The position numbers were made by a program, and so were the translations under genes. Source: a virus. Taken from it: a DNA stretch of 64,000 bases. The notes beneath the pieces were generated by a model, which was given only the letters and a program-made list of their open reading frames with translations, was not told the origin of the DNA and did no database searches. Positions 29,996 to 40,372 of this stretch are shown piece by piece. Where the stretch lies: positions 1 to 64,000 of IMG/VR virus record IMGVR_UViG_3300024999_000038; one strand, written 5' to 3'. The stretch's first letter is position 1; each line of letters opens with the position of its first letter.

Positions 29996-30859
29996 ATGTT
30001 TTTGTTACTCCTTTCTAGGTACTGATTTTTTATTGGATTTGTACCTGTGATAATTGTAACATATTATAGGTGATTAAGTCAAGTATTTATTTTAGTATTT
30101 ATTATAGAAGAATTAGAATCAATTTTTCAAAATTAAGTTATATAATTTCTCAAGATCCAAATGATGAATATTCACAAAAATATTTTCATCAAATTTTAGA
30201 GAGTCGTATATGGGAGATAATTGTATCGAACTCAAATGTAAACTATACGCCCCCTATAGTAGAAGCAATATGATATAATAGATAAAAGTGTTGTCAGAGT
30301 AGGGATTAGAGGATTATTTTGTTATTGAGATTTATTGATGGATAATTATGCAGTTTATTAATTTTAGATGTGATAATTTTGTTCGATGGAATTGTAAGTG
30401 ATTTATTGATTTGGATTTTTAGATGAGAATTTAAGATTGATTATTGGAGATCATAGAGTATATTTTGTGGAATGTTTATGCCAGAGAATTGTTGTTGGAG
30501 TAGGGTTTTAAGGTGATTTTAGTATTATGGATTTATTGAGAGTATTATATAAAATAGATATATTTTATTAAAATTTTATGAATAATTTATTAAATTTATT
30601 TGACTTTTGGGTGGATTTATGAATGATATTTTGATAGTTGGGTGGTTAGAAATTGTTGTGTTGATTATGTTTTTGCGAAGAAAATACGAATGGGATTTTG
30701 AGATGGAATTTGAGATCAATGAAAATAATTTTAGATTTATTATATTTTAATATTGACATTTTTACGAAAGTGTGATTTGTTATTTTATTTTAGATTGGAA
30801 GAAATTTATTTAAAATTATTTTATGAAAACCCTGTATCGCAGTCGTAGCTTGGGTTTTG

Positions 30860-30895
30860 TGTCGAAGTTGATGTACTGTGTCGAATACTGTCGAA
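30860..30895 (+). promoter_or_regulatory. Three Spo0A boxes (TGTCGAA)
   Basis: Exact TGTCGAA at 30860, 30879 and 30889; further copies at 31246 and 45882. Confidence 0.65.
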
Positions 30896-31388
30896 TAAAA
30901 GGAGATAATGTTTGTAATCCATGCCCCACCTATCTATTATAGTTGGCATGGAAATTGAAAGTAAAGTCTTACAATGATTTTAGGTATATGTTTTACTTAT
31001 GACAAACTGAAAACATCATGGGCCGATGCTACCACAAACGCTACAACCTGCCTATAGGTTGATTCTTCCCATTTTTTGAATGTAACAAAAGAGGGATGTG
31101 TTACATTCGATGAGAAATGAGGGTTAGTTTACTATGCAAAATGATTTTGAAGAGCTTAGAAGGACTGTTTTGTGGATGAAATGAAAAGAAGAACCAGAAG
31201 AGGATAATGTCCTGGCATTGATACCTGCTGCACTTGATAATGATTTGTCGAATTGAATTTGATCGGCTGAAATGGATATGAATGAAGGAAAATGAGTTGA
31301 TCATTGGGTCTTGATTGCATTGTGCGTTATAACGCTCAAACTGTCGGATCTTATAACATGCACGAAATCTTTGAAGTATTAATAAATT

Positions 31389-31564
31389 ACATGCTATCAC
31401 ATTGCTACCATTACACTACCAAATCAATAGTTGTTTACTATCAACACAATACCACTATAATAACATCACACTATTATCATGCTATCTATGCACTATCCAA
31501 ACGCTACCAACATGATACCAAAATAATACCGTTATACTATCAATTAACTATCATAATGATACCA
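31389..31564 (+). repeat. Tandem array of 16 degenerate 11-bp units (nnnnR[C/A]TAYCA)
   Basis: acatgctatca-cattgctacca-ttacactacca-..-ttatactatca-attaactatca-taatgatacca, in unbroken 11-bp phase. Confidence 0.85.
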
Positions 31565-31627
31565 ATATATTTTATGAATTCTAACACCTAATACTCCATA
31601 TACCATGTTCCACAAATACAAAAATAA

Positions 31628-31643
31628 TGTTCTACGTGGAACA
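31628..31643. promoter_or_regulatory. parS-like palindrome
   Basis: TGTTCTACGTGGAACA, one mismatch from TGTTCCACGTGGAACA; TGTTCCAC half-sites at 31606 and 31663. Confidence 0.65.
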
Positions 31644-31933
31644 TATCAAAAATAATCCTCTATGTTCCACACTATTTTCCACAATCCCTTCCGGTAAATC
31701 CTCTTACCCTTCACCCATACAAATACACCAATACTACATTCCAACTCAATACAGACCATTCTAGAGCCTCTAATCACAATACAGTGCAATCATTTCCATG
31801 TACTAAATTTATCCCACTATGATGAATCGATAAATAAATTTATTTTATAAATCCCTTGAAAACCTATGTACATTACCCATGAATTTTGCTATAATAAGAT
31901 AAGAAATAAAAACATTGAAGGAGTTGCTTAAAC

Positions 31934-32245
31934 ATGATTTTTGCAGGAGTAAGAGAAACCACTCAACTGACCATTATTGACGGATACAGCAACAATAAAA
32001 CAGTCAATGGAGCACTGAAAGACCTTGCTAAAGAAGTTGAAAAATACAGCAAAATTGAAGCAGAAGCACTCAAGGATATGATCAAAGACAAATCAATTTC
32101 CAATATTCTAAACATAGACAATGGGAATGACTGCTATTACATAGAATGTATCGAAGTTTCCCAAGCAGCGAGAATGATAAACGATGAAGAAAACGAATAC
32201 AAAGACGCAAACTTTTACATAATGATAAGATTCATTAAGGACTGA
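31934..32245 (+). CDS. Hypothetical early protein
   Basis: Own promoter, RBS and terminator. Confidence 0.75.
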   Translation: MIFAGVRETTQLTIIDGYSNNKTVNGALKDLAKEVEKYSKIEAEALKDMIKDKSISNILNIDNGNDCYYIECIEVSQAARMINDEENEYKDANFYIMIRFIKD

Positions 32246-32600
32246 GAAGTCCTTTTTCTTTTTCCAATTAATCCATAACAAAATCATTATAACAGACCAC
32301 ACTGTATAACAGATTGATTATAACAGTATAACAATAACAGACTATTAAGCAGGGAACAGTCTATTTTACTTATCCTTAAACATTATACCTCTCACAAATC
32401 AAAACCTCTTATAATGCCCTTCTAGGGCTTATAAACGCTACATATCACACTAATTACATGTACTATTTTAACCCTATATAGTAGAAGCAATAAAATCACA
32501 CCTATAAAAATAAATATTAACTAACATGGTTTTTCCTATTGTTTCTGTGCTATAATATACATAGTAGATCAAATAAATTAAACAAAGGAGTTGCTTACAT

Positions 32601-33080
32601 ATGACTGCTACAGCTAACCTCTTGGGCTACACTGGTAAAGTAAATATCCTAGAAGAAACCACTACAGGTTACGAACTCGAACTTCTCCAAGGTGATCTAA
32701 AAGGAAAGAGAACATTCATTTCTAAAAATTCCAAAAATGAAACACTAACCATTTCAAACCAAAAATTCACTTCTAAAATCTCTTACATAGTAGACAAAGA
32801 ATATAACGAGGACACCAAAACAGAGCAAGTATACACCAGAAATTTTGAACTAACCATAACGGCATCAAGTGAAGAGATAGCAGGAGAAATTTGGGATAAC
32901 TGCTTCAAATACTTAGTAAAAAATTCTGACATAAATCTTGGTTGGGTAGGATGTCCTGGAACAGAGGATTTAGAAAATGGAAAATTTAGCTACACTGATT
33001 GCATAACAATATTTGACAAATCAGAATATGAAGAACTTAAGGATATATACAAAGAATGGAAGAAGTTGGGTAAGATATAA
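32601..33080 (+). CDS. Hypothetical early protein
   Basis: Own promoter, RBS and terminator. Confidence 0.75.
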   Translation: MTATANLLGYTGKVNILEETTTGYELELLQGDLKGKRTFISKNSKNETLTISNQKFTSKISYIVDKEYNEDTKTEQVYTRNFELTITASSEEIAGEIWDNCFKYLVKNSDINLGWVGCPGTEDLENGKFSYTDCITIFDKSEYEELKDIYKEWKKLGKI

Positions 33081-33394
33081 AAGTCTTACCTTTTTCTTTG
33101 TCAATTCTTCCATAACAAAACTATTATAACAGCATAACAATATACTTATAACAAATCAACTTAATTCTACAATATTAAAATAATTATAATTATTTGACAT
33201 ATATCATAAAATTTGATAACATAGAATAAATTATACAAATCTAGAGAAAGGAGAATTAAATTTGAATATTTTAGATTGTTTAGGTTGTAAATATATTGTA
33301 ATTGAAGGTTATTGTTTTGAAATGCAAATAGAAATATACAAACTAAAAACCAAATGTCCTAAATGCACTAGGCAATAAGGAGGAATTTTGAACT

Positions 33395-33826
33395 ATGTAT
33401 AAAACTATTACAACTTATGATAAAAATGGAGATTGGAATCATAAATATGTAATTGATAAAGAAGACGACAAATATTATTATTTTATTGATGGATTTCAAG
33501 GCGACGAATTAAGATTAGATAAAGAATTGGAAATTCTCCAGTATAATGGTAACAACAATTCATGGATAACTTTTAAAAATTGGTTAGATGTAAAAGAAAA
33601 ACCAACATTTAAAGTAGAGTTTAAAATGGTAAATGAAGATATAGAAGACATGCAAGAAAGAATTATATTAAAAAGTTACGAAAGAAAATATTATCACATT
33701 AAATTTGAATCTGAAAAACTTCGAGAAGTTATGCTAAAATTAACTGAAAAAATTAATGAACTAAGCGACGAGCTAGACATAGTTGGAGAAATGTTTGAAA
33801 ATAGTTTAAAATTTAATGAACAATAA
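33395..33826 (+). CDS. Hypothetical early protein
   Basis: AAGGAGG RBS; terminator follows. Confidence 0.7.
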   Translation: MYKTITTYDKNGDWNHKYVIDKEDDKYYYFIDGFQGDELRLDKELEILQYNGNNNSWITFKNWLDVKEKPTFKVEFKMVNEDIEDMQERIILKSYERKYYHIKFESEKLREVMLKLTEKINELSDELDIVGEMFENSLKFNEQ

Positions 33827-34229
33827 ACAAATTAGAGGCTCTAACGAGTCTCTTTTCTATTCCCATATAATCACACCACTTCCCACATTAAACCTCTTAC
33901 AATCAATCCTGAAGCATCTAATGCTATCATATAACTCTTATTACCTTTGCCTTATTGCCCTTATTATTTATCTATCCTCTGCTATCACTCACAAATTAAC
34001 CAAAAACAAATCATAAAATAAAATTTGACAATCCATCCTATAAATGTTATACTTATTGCCTAGAATAATTATATTTATTCTAAATAAATTGAAAGGAGAA
34101 AACATGCTAATAATGATTTATATCTATTCGTCCGGCTATGTGTAGCACTCTATTTATCTATTATCATTCAGCCACCAAACCACTGCAATAAACATAAAAA
34201 TAAATTAAAATGAAAGAGGTAAAATTAAA

Positions 34230-35258
34230 ATGATTAAATTACCCATAGCACTAGATTTAAATGCTAATCAATTAACCCATATTACCAACGTAAATAAAGA
34301 CAATAAAGAATCTTTTAACTTTGTTTGCCCACAATGTAAAACTACTTTAATGGTTAAAATAGGAGACATAAACGTCCATCATTTCGCTCATAAAAATCAA
34401 TGTGATATTAATTCAGAAACAATAATACATATATTGGCTAAAAAAGTGATAGCAGAAAATAATGAAATAGTTTTACCTATTTATAATCCAATTAGTCTTA
34501 AATGGCAACATGTTAAAAAAGATTATACATTAAGCGCAGTAGAATCTAGTTATGAGGATATTATTCCAGATGTTATAATAAATATAGACGATAGGCCCAT
34601 ATTTATTGAAGTTGCTTATAGTCACTTTATTGATAATGATAAACTTGAGAAGTTAAAAAGAATAAATATTGAAACATGGGAAATTGATTTGCGTAAAATA
34701 GATTTATTTGATTATGATAGCTTTAAAAATATACTATTAAACGAGATATATAATAAGCAATCTATAATAATTGATTATAAAAATTATGGCAAAGAATTAA
34801 TGAATGAATTAAAGATACTTAAAAAATCAAATATATTTTACAATGAATTATTAAATCAATATAAGCAAATTAAAAATGAAGTATTTATAAAAACTAAAAA
34901 ATTCACCTTATTAAATGGTGATAATTATCTAAGATTAGTTGATATGAAAGATAATAAAGAATATTGGTTAGTTATTAATGCATTACATAGAGATATGTTA
35001 TCATATGCATTTGTTGGTGCTTATAGTTTTTCAGATAAAAATATGAAATACAATAATTCTATTCATTATTCAATTGGCAAAAATAAATATTATTATCAAT
35101 CTGGATCAATTAAAGCAGAAGGACTTGGAAGTTTACACTGGGAATTAGAAAAACTATTGAATGGAAATAGAGTTAATTTAAAAAGCAATATTAAAAATGA
35201 TAAATTTATGTTATTCAGTACAATTCAAATAATTAAACCATTAAAGGAAGTAAAATAA
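34230..35258 (+). CDS. CoiA-like PD-(D/E)xK nuclease
   Basis: CPQC..HHFAH..SET..H..AK, IPDV..IFIEV..SH motifs. Confidence 0.75.
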   Translation: MIKLPIALDLNANQLTHITNVNKDNKESFNFVCPQCKTTLMVKIGDINVHHFAHKNQCDINSETIIHILAKKVIAENNEIVLPIYNPISLKWQHVKKDYTLSAVESSYEDIIPDVIINIDDRPIFIEVAYSHFIDNDKLEKLKRINIETWEIDLRKIDLFDYDSFKNILLNEIYNKQSIIIDYKNYGKELMNELKILKKSNIFYNELLNQYKQIKNEVFIKTKKFTLLNGDNYLRLVDMKDNKEYWLVINALHRDMLSYAFVGAYSFSDKNMKYNNSIHYSIGKNKYYYQSGSIKAEGLGSLHWELEKLLNGNRVNLKSNIKNDKFMLFSTIQIIKPLKEVK

Positions 35259-36512
35259 ATGAATATATTAAAATTAAGAGAATATGTCCTAACATCTAAT
35301 TCAATCAAAAATTATAAAATCCTTTGTGGTATCTTAGATATACCAGTTAAGGCCAGCACAAACAGTAAACAAGCACAATATAAGGAAATGGATAGATACT
35401 TTAAATATCATAAAGAGGGAAATAAATTTATTATTGATGAAATATACAATGAAATATTGCCTAAAGTTGATAATAGAGGTGGCGCACATAATGTCACAGA
35501 ATACACTAAATATATAGAAAACTTAATACTAGATTTATTAGTACAAGGAGGAAACAATAAGCAAGGATTCGGGAGAGTTTTCCTAAGTAAAAATCAACTC
35601 TTCAAAGAATTTAATATGATTAATGATAATTATGTTTTTTGTAAACGCAGAATATTAAAATTATCTAAATTTATGAATATTAATAAAGAAACTGTAGAAG
35701 AGTGGTATGATCTAAATGATGATATGCTTGAAAGAAATTTAAACCAAGCATTGAATAGTTTGGAAAATCAATCTTTAATAACGTGGGAAAAGGAGTTAAC
35801 TGTGGCTAAAGCAATGCCTCTAGCAGAAATTAAAAAAGATGGTACAGAAGTAGTTAAAAGAAAATATATAGACAAATATGATGAGGAGCAAATTGATTAT
35901 AAGTATCGCGCAGATGATGAAATACAATTAAATTATAGGGAAGGCACTGATAAGGAAAAAGCATTTATAATAAAGACAGAAAAGGAAATTTTTAAAGAAT
36001 TAGGTTGCGATAGCAAACAAAAGGTTATTAAATTTGGTTTATGGGAAACATTTAAAAATAAAGTAGATGATATAGTATTGAAAGAATTAAATATTGCTTT
36101 CTACTATAAATCATATAAAATCTTATTTAATGAAGAACACATATCAGAAGCAATTGATGATATTTATGGCAAATGTGAATTAACTGAAGAAGAGAAACAT
36201 GATAGTAAATATCTTATTAATAATGATGTAATAGACAGAACCATCACAAATGCAGAAAATAGACATGAGAAGGCAGTAAAAGAAAAATCTAAAATCATTG
36301 GCAGAATGAAAAATGATAAAGAAGGTAAAAGAACTAAAAGAAGGGCTGAGGAAAATTATATAGATGATAATATTGAATTAGGAAATAGTTTAATATTTAT
36401 AAATGCTACTAATATTAAGGATAAAGTAAAGAAAACTAAATTAGATGTTATTGTTGATATAGATATGGATGAAATATTAGATAAATTATTAAATGAAGAT
36501 GAAATAGAGTAA
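35259..36512 (+). CDS. Conserved phage protein, possibly replication-related
   Basis: 417 aa, KNYK.LC..SK.AQ.KE..RYF..G.KFII.EIY pattern; followed by a long inverted repeat. Confidence 0.55.
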   Translation: MNILKLREYVLTSNSIKNYKILCGILDIPVKASTNSKQAQYKEMDRYFKYHKEGNKFIIDEIYNEILPKVDNRGGAHNVTEYTKYIENLILDLLVQGGNNKQGFGRVFLSKNQLFKEFNMINDNYVFCKRRILKLSKFMNINKETVEEWYDLNDDMLERNLNQALNSLENQSLITWEKELTVAKAMPLAEIKKDGTEVVKRKYIDKYDEEQIDYKYRADDEIQLNYREGTDKEKAFIIKTEKEIFKELGCDSKQKVIKFGLWETFKNKVDDIVLKELNIAFYYKSYKILFNEEHISEAIDDIYGKCELTEEEKHDSKYLINNDVIDRTITNAENRHEKAVKEKSKIIGRMKNDKEGKRTKRRAEENYIDDNIELGNSLIFINATNIKDKVKKTKLDVIVDIDMDEILDKLLNEDEIE

Positions 36513-36826
36513 GAAATAAAATCGACCAATTTGAAGTGTCCATTATATTATAGTATATAAAGGGGATGTCTAATTGGTCGATTCTTATAATTTTATTATT
36601 ATTAATCAATCAATCAAAGAGAACCCAACGAAAGCAGGTGTAGCGGTTGAAGCGTCAACCTTGCTAAATATTCGCTATCGCTCATATTTAGGATTATTCT
36701 TTGCTTATCATTTTTCTTCTTTCTCTATTTAGAAACATAAAATAATAATTGCCATACGTTAAATATTTTGATATACTATCAATATCCACTAATTCCACTA
36801 ATTAAATATCAAAAGGAGGTTTCCCA

Positions 36827-37255
36827 ATGGCAAAACGAAGAACCAACCAAGACATGCAAAAAGCAGCAAACACTTGTCGCTTATTTCTCTTAGCAGACAA
36901 TAATCCTCATACAGCTTATGAGCAATACATAAAAGATCATATGCTTTCCGGTCAACCAATGCCTTATTATATCCAAGGTATTAAGGATTTTATCACAGCG
37001 TCAAAAATGCTACAACAAGATATCCTGGCAATCAGAAAAGAAAAAGAACGCTCAGAAAATCAATTAAATGAAAAGCAAACAGACTTAGAACTTATCAAAT
37101 CCTTAGATATTAAATTAGTAATGCAAGCTTATAAAACATCATCGGGAACCGCTAAACTAGAATTATGTAATTTAGCAAATATGATACACGCTAAAGACTT
37201 TACTGGTATTACGCAATCAGAAATCTATACTGCAAAGGAATTTCAATTAATTTAA
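36827..37255 (+). CDS. Hypothetical early protein
   Basis: TTGCCA-17-TATACT promoter, AGGAGG RBS. Confidence 0.75.
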   Translation: MAKRRTNQDMQKAANTCRLFLLADNNPHTAYEQYIKDHMLSGQPMPYYIQGIKDFITASKMLQQDILAIRKEKERSENQLNEKQTDLELIKSLDIKLVMQAYKTSSGTAKLELCNLANMIHAKDFTGITQSEIYTAKEFQLI

Positions 37256-37332
37256 AAAGAAAGAAGGCCACCAAAATGTTGGCATAGGTTTTTTTATTAA
37301 ATTAATCAAATACATATTAGGAGGTTGTTTAA

Positions 37333-37911
37333 ATGTTTATACATCCAGAACTTAAAACCACTGCAAAGGTTACATACAACATTGAATATACTGAAAAGGA
37401 TGAAGATTTCAAAGATGATTTTTCCAACGTAAAAAAAATCAATTGCAAGGACTTAGAGGAAATGACTAAGTATATGTTCCAACTCAGACAACGCAATATG
37501 TACAATATTAATCTTTATACATTAGTCGAAAATAATGGTCAATGGATTATGGAAGATCATGCACAACAATGTGAATTTTATAAAGATACTTTACAAGCTG
37601 AAAAGACTCACAAATATAACCGAGAATTAACTGAAAATATGGAGGAAATGCAGAAAGAAATAGACTTATATAAAAAATTCATTGCTCAGTATAATGCCAC
37701 AAAAGAATTCGAAAAATGGAAGAAGGAACAAACTGCTTTTACTTATTATTATAGACTGAGACCTCCCAGTATTGGTTGTCAACCAACAAAAGGAATGTTA
37801 GAAATGAATGGCGAAAAGATAATTCACAATGACAGAGAGTATTGGGGATCTTGCAATTATGATAGAGAATTGACTGATAAAGAACTTTATGAATATGACT
37901 TAGATAAATAA
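37333..37911 (+). CDS. Protein with C-terminal DarA_C-like (defence against restriction A) domain
   Basis: YYYRLRPPSIGCQP..YWG...Y.RELT..EL..YDL motif. Confidence 0.6.
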   Translation: MFIHPELKTTAKVTYNIEYTEKDEDFKDDFSNVKKINCKDLEEMTKYMFQLRQRNMYNINLYTLVENNGQWIMEDHAQQCEFYKDTLQAEKTHKYNRELTENMEEMQKEIDLYKKFIAQYNATKEFEKWKKEQTAFTYYYRLRPPSIGCQPTKGMLEMNGEKIIHNDREYWGSCNYDRELTDKELYEYDLDK

Positions 37912-38166
37912 AATATATTAGAGAACTAAATTAATTATTAGTTCTCTTTTCTTTTGTCTATGTTCTTACCCTCATATAATCCCTTCAGACCTTCCACGAT
38001 GTCATATAAGCTCTTATAAATCAAATCTGATATAATCCCACAACAAAAAGATAATAAGGCCACAAACAACGCTAATATAATTATTTATGTTTTGCTATTG
38101 TATTTATGTTACAAACGATTATAATTATAGGTAATTACATATAAAATTTAAAGGAGCTGGCACAAC

Positions 38167-38340
38167 ATGGACAACAAAGCATTAGACACCAGAAACGAGT
38201 TAAATTTTATCAAGGATTTTACAAGATCAACTCTTACCGGATTAGAAGTAAATAATAGCATAGAGGATTATGCAATAAAAAATTACATCAAAGAAGTTGA
38301 AAGAAGTATCGCGCTAATCAAAAAAGCAAATAATCTATAA
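38167..38340 (+). CDS. Small hypothetical early protein (57 aa)
   Basis: Hand translation; own promoter, AAGGAG RBS and terminator. Confidence 0.65.
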   Translation: MDNKALDTRNELNFIKDFTRSTLTGLEVNNSIEDYAIKNYIKEVERSIALIKKANNL

Positions 38341-38518
38341 GTCGGAAACGGCTTATTTTTTTTGCGCTTATATCCGGCATTTATGACGCAATCAATACTT
38401 TCAAACTCTTGTTTTAATGGGATAATTAATAAGTGTAAAATAATTGTTGACTAATTAGCATTCAGTGTGATAGAATACATTAACGGATTAAATAAGGAAA
38501 TGAAAGAGGTTATAACTT

Positions 38519-38737
38519 ATGAGAATGCATATAAACCGTGACAAGGAAATCGAGGAAAGAATTAATAATGAAATTGATGCTTGCAAAATGGCCTATAAAA
38601 TTCAGGACAATGAAGGTAATAGATTTGTTTTTGGCGGTATAGAAAATGGTTTTCCTTGGTATCGAACAAGAGGAGGAAGTAAACATATTTTTGATTTAAA
38701 TGGGTACGAAGTGTTAGAACAATATTGTAAATTATAA
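38519..38737 (+). CDS. Hypothetical early protein
   Basis: Own promoter and terminator. Confidence 0.7.
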   Translation: MRMHINRDKEIEERINNEIDACKMAYKIQDNEGNRFVFGGIENGFPWYRTRGGSKHIFDLNGYEVLEQYCKL

Positions 38738-39042
38738 TTAAGACTCTCAGGAGTCTTTTTTCTTTTCCTTAAACATCATACCCAATACTAATTAAAACCT
38801 CTCTAATGGCCTATTCTATAGCTCTGATAGTATCCGGGAATCCCTTGTGTATGTTTATTCTGTATCCCATAAACCGAAAATAAATATTCAAAAGTCATAT
38901 ACAAATATGTAAAAATTATGATACAATGAATTGAACGCTAATTTTAATTTATTGATATAGTGAATATAAATATAATTGTTGACGTTCAATAATAGAAATG
39001 CTATAATGCATTATCAGGTTATTTTAAGGAGGTTCATTACAT

Positions 39043-39450
39043 ATGAAGTCAATGTCTAAACCACAACAACGACGATATCTATCTTATCAACGTGATAACC
39101 GCACTGAAAAAGATTCTTACTACTCAAGTTCAGATATAGTGATTTTCAGACAATATGATAAAAGACTTAGTATACTAAAAAGTGATAATGTTTTTGTATT
39201 TGAGAATATAATGAAAGAATATTTTTTAGGGAATTACATTTATGACATTGATACATTTTGTGCTTACTTACTTTTAAACTATAAAAAGACACAAACAGGA
39301 CTAGTAAAAGTTATGGAAGAAATGAATGTATCAAAATATCATAGAGAAAAATTAGAGAGTTATTGCTTGGGGTTACAAGTAAGGTATAGATACGAAGTTA
39401 TAACCGCATCATTTACTAATGATTTGGATACAATCAATATTAAAATCTAA
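39043..39450 (+). CDS. Hypothetical early protein
   Basis: Own promoter and terminator. Confidence 0.7.
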   Translation: MKSMSKPQQRRYLSYQRDNRTEKDSYYSSSDIVIFRQYDKRLSILKSDNVFVFENIMKEYFLGNYIYDIDTFCAYLLLNYKKTQTGLVKVMEEMNVSKYHREKLESYCLGLQVRYRYEVITASFTNDLDTINIKI

Positions 39451-39699
39451 GAGCCTCTAAACAGGTTCTTTTTTTCTTTTCCGGTACTAATTGACCATGA
39501 ACAAATTTAAACCTCTTAAAGCGTCCATTCTGACTCTCTGAAACTAGCCTATAGCCTCATTCTACATTTCAATTTATAGAACCAAATGCCCATTTCATGG
39601 GTTGAGTATAAAGGGAAAATAATTATTTTTATTAACATGGTTTTTCTTATTGTTTCTATGCTATAATAAGGCATAAGCAAAAAGAAAGAAGGTTATTGT

Positions 39700-40236
39700 A
39701 TGAAAAAGGTTACACGTAGTTACTTCACTATTCGCCAAGTTGACATGGGCCACGGTTGGGTATCTTATGAAAAACAATTCTTAGGAGATATGAAGTTTAT
39801 CAATATCTCATACGTTGACTATGATCAAGATGATAATGAAGTTGGTTCTGGTAATGAAGACTTTAGCCTTGAAAGATACTTAAAAGTTATGGAAATCAAT
39901 CTTAATGAATTAGTCAGAAACAATGCACCAGTTAAACCAGAAGTTACCCAAACAACCTTTGTACAATACATAAATGCAAATAGATACAATCAAGTATTCA
40001 CTTCTGACATAGAAAAGTTTAGTTCTGAATTATTATCCATCATGATAGCTAAAGAAGGAGAAGTCAGAAGAACTGGGCAGGATTTCGGCGGCTGGAATTA
40101 TGAAGTAATAAACAATAGAATTCTAGTCCTCGAACTTGGTGCTTGGAGATATGGACAAAAAATTAAGTGGGATATGGAGAAAAATTGCATAGCTGATAGT
40201 AGAAAGAAAGAGTATAGAGAATTAATTAAGAAGTAG
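39700..40236 (+). CDS. Hypothetical early protein
   Basis: Own promoter and terminator. Confidence 0.7.
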   Translation: MKKVTRSYFTIRQVDMGHGWVSYEKQFLGDMKFINISYVDYDQDDNEVGSGNEDFSLERYLKVMEINLNELVRNNAPVKPEVTQTTFVQYINANRYNQVFTSDIEKFSSELLSIMIAKEGEVRRTGQDFGGWNYEVINNRILVLELGAWRYGQKIKWDMEKNCIADSRKKEYRELIKK

Positions 40237-40372
40237 AAATACTTCTTTTTCTTTGTCCCTGCTCCTATAATCCCAATACCCATGAATCCTATATTTGGTC
40301 TGGTTAAATTAGAGTAAAAAAATTAATTATTTTTACATTATATTCTATCTATGTTATAATCTCTAAAAGGAG

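Noticed and set aside
31389-31564. CRISPR array
   Set aside because: 11-bp degenerate units with no repeat-spacer structure; no cas genes in the window.
31101-31591. Track ORFs 31101-31400 and 31304-31591 (also 30070-30273)
   Set aside because: No RBS, biased composition, and they overlap repeat or regulatory DNA.
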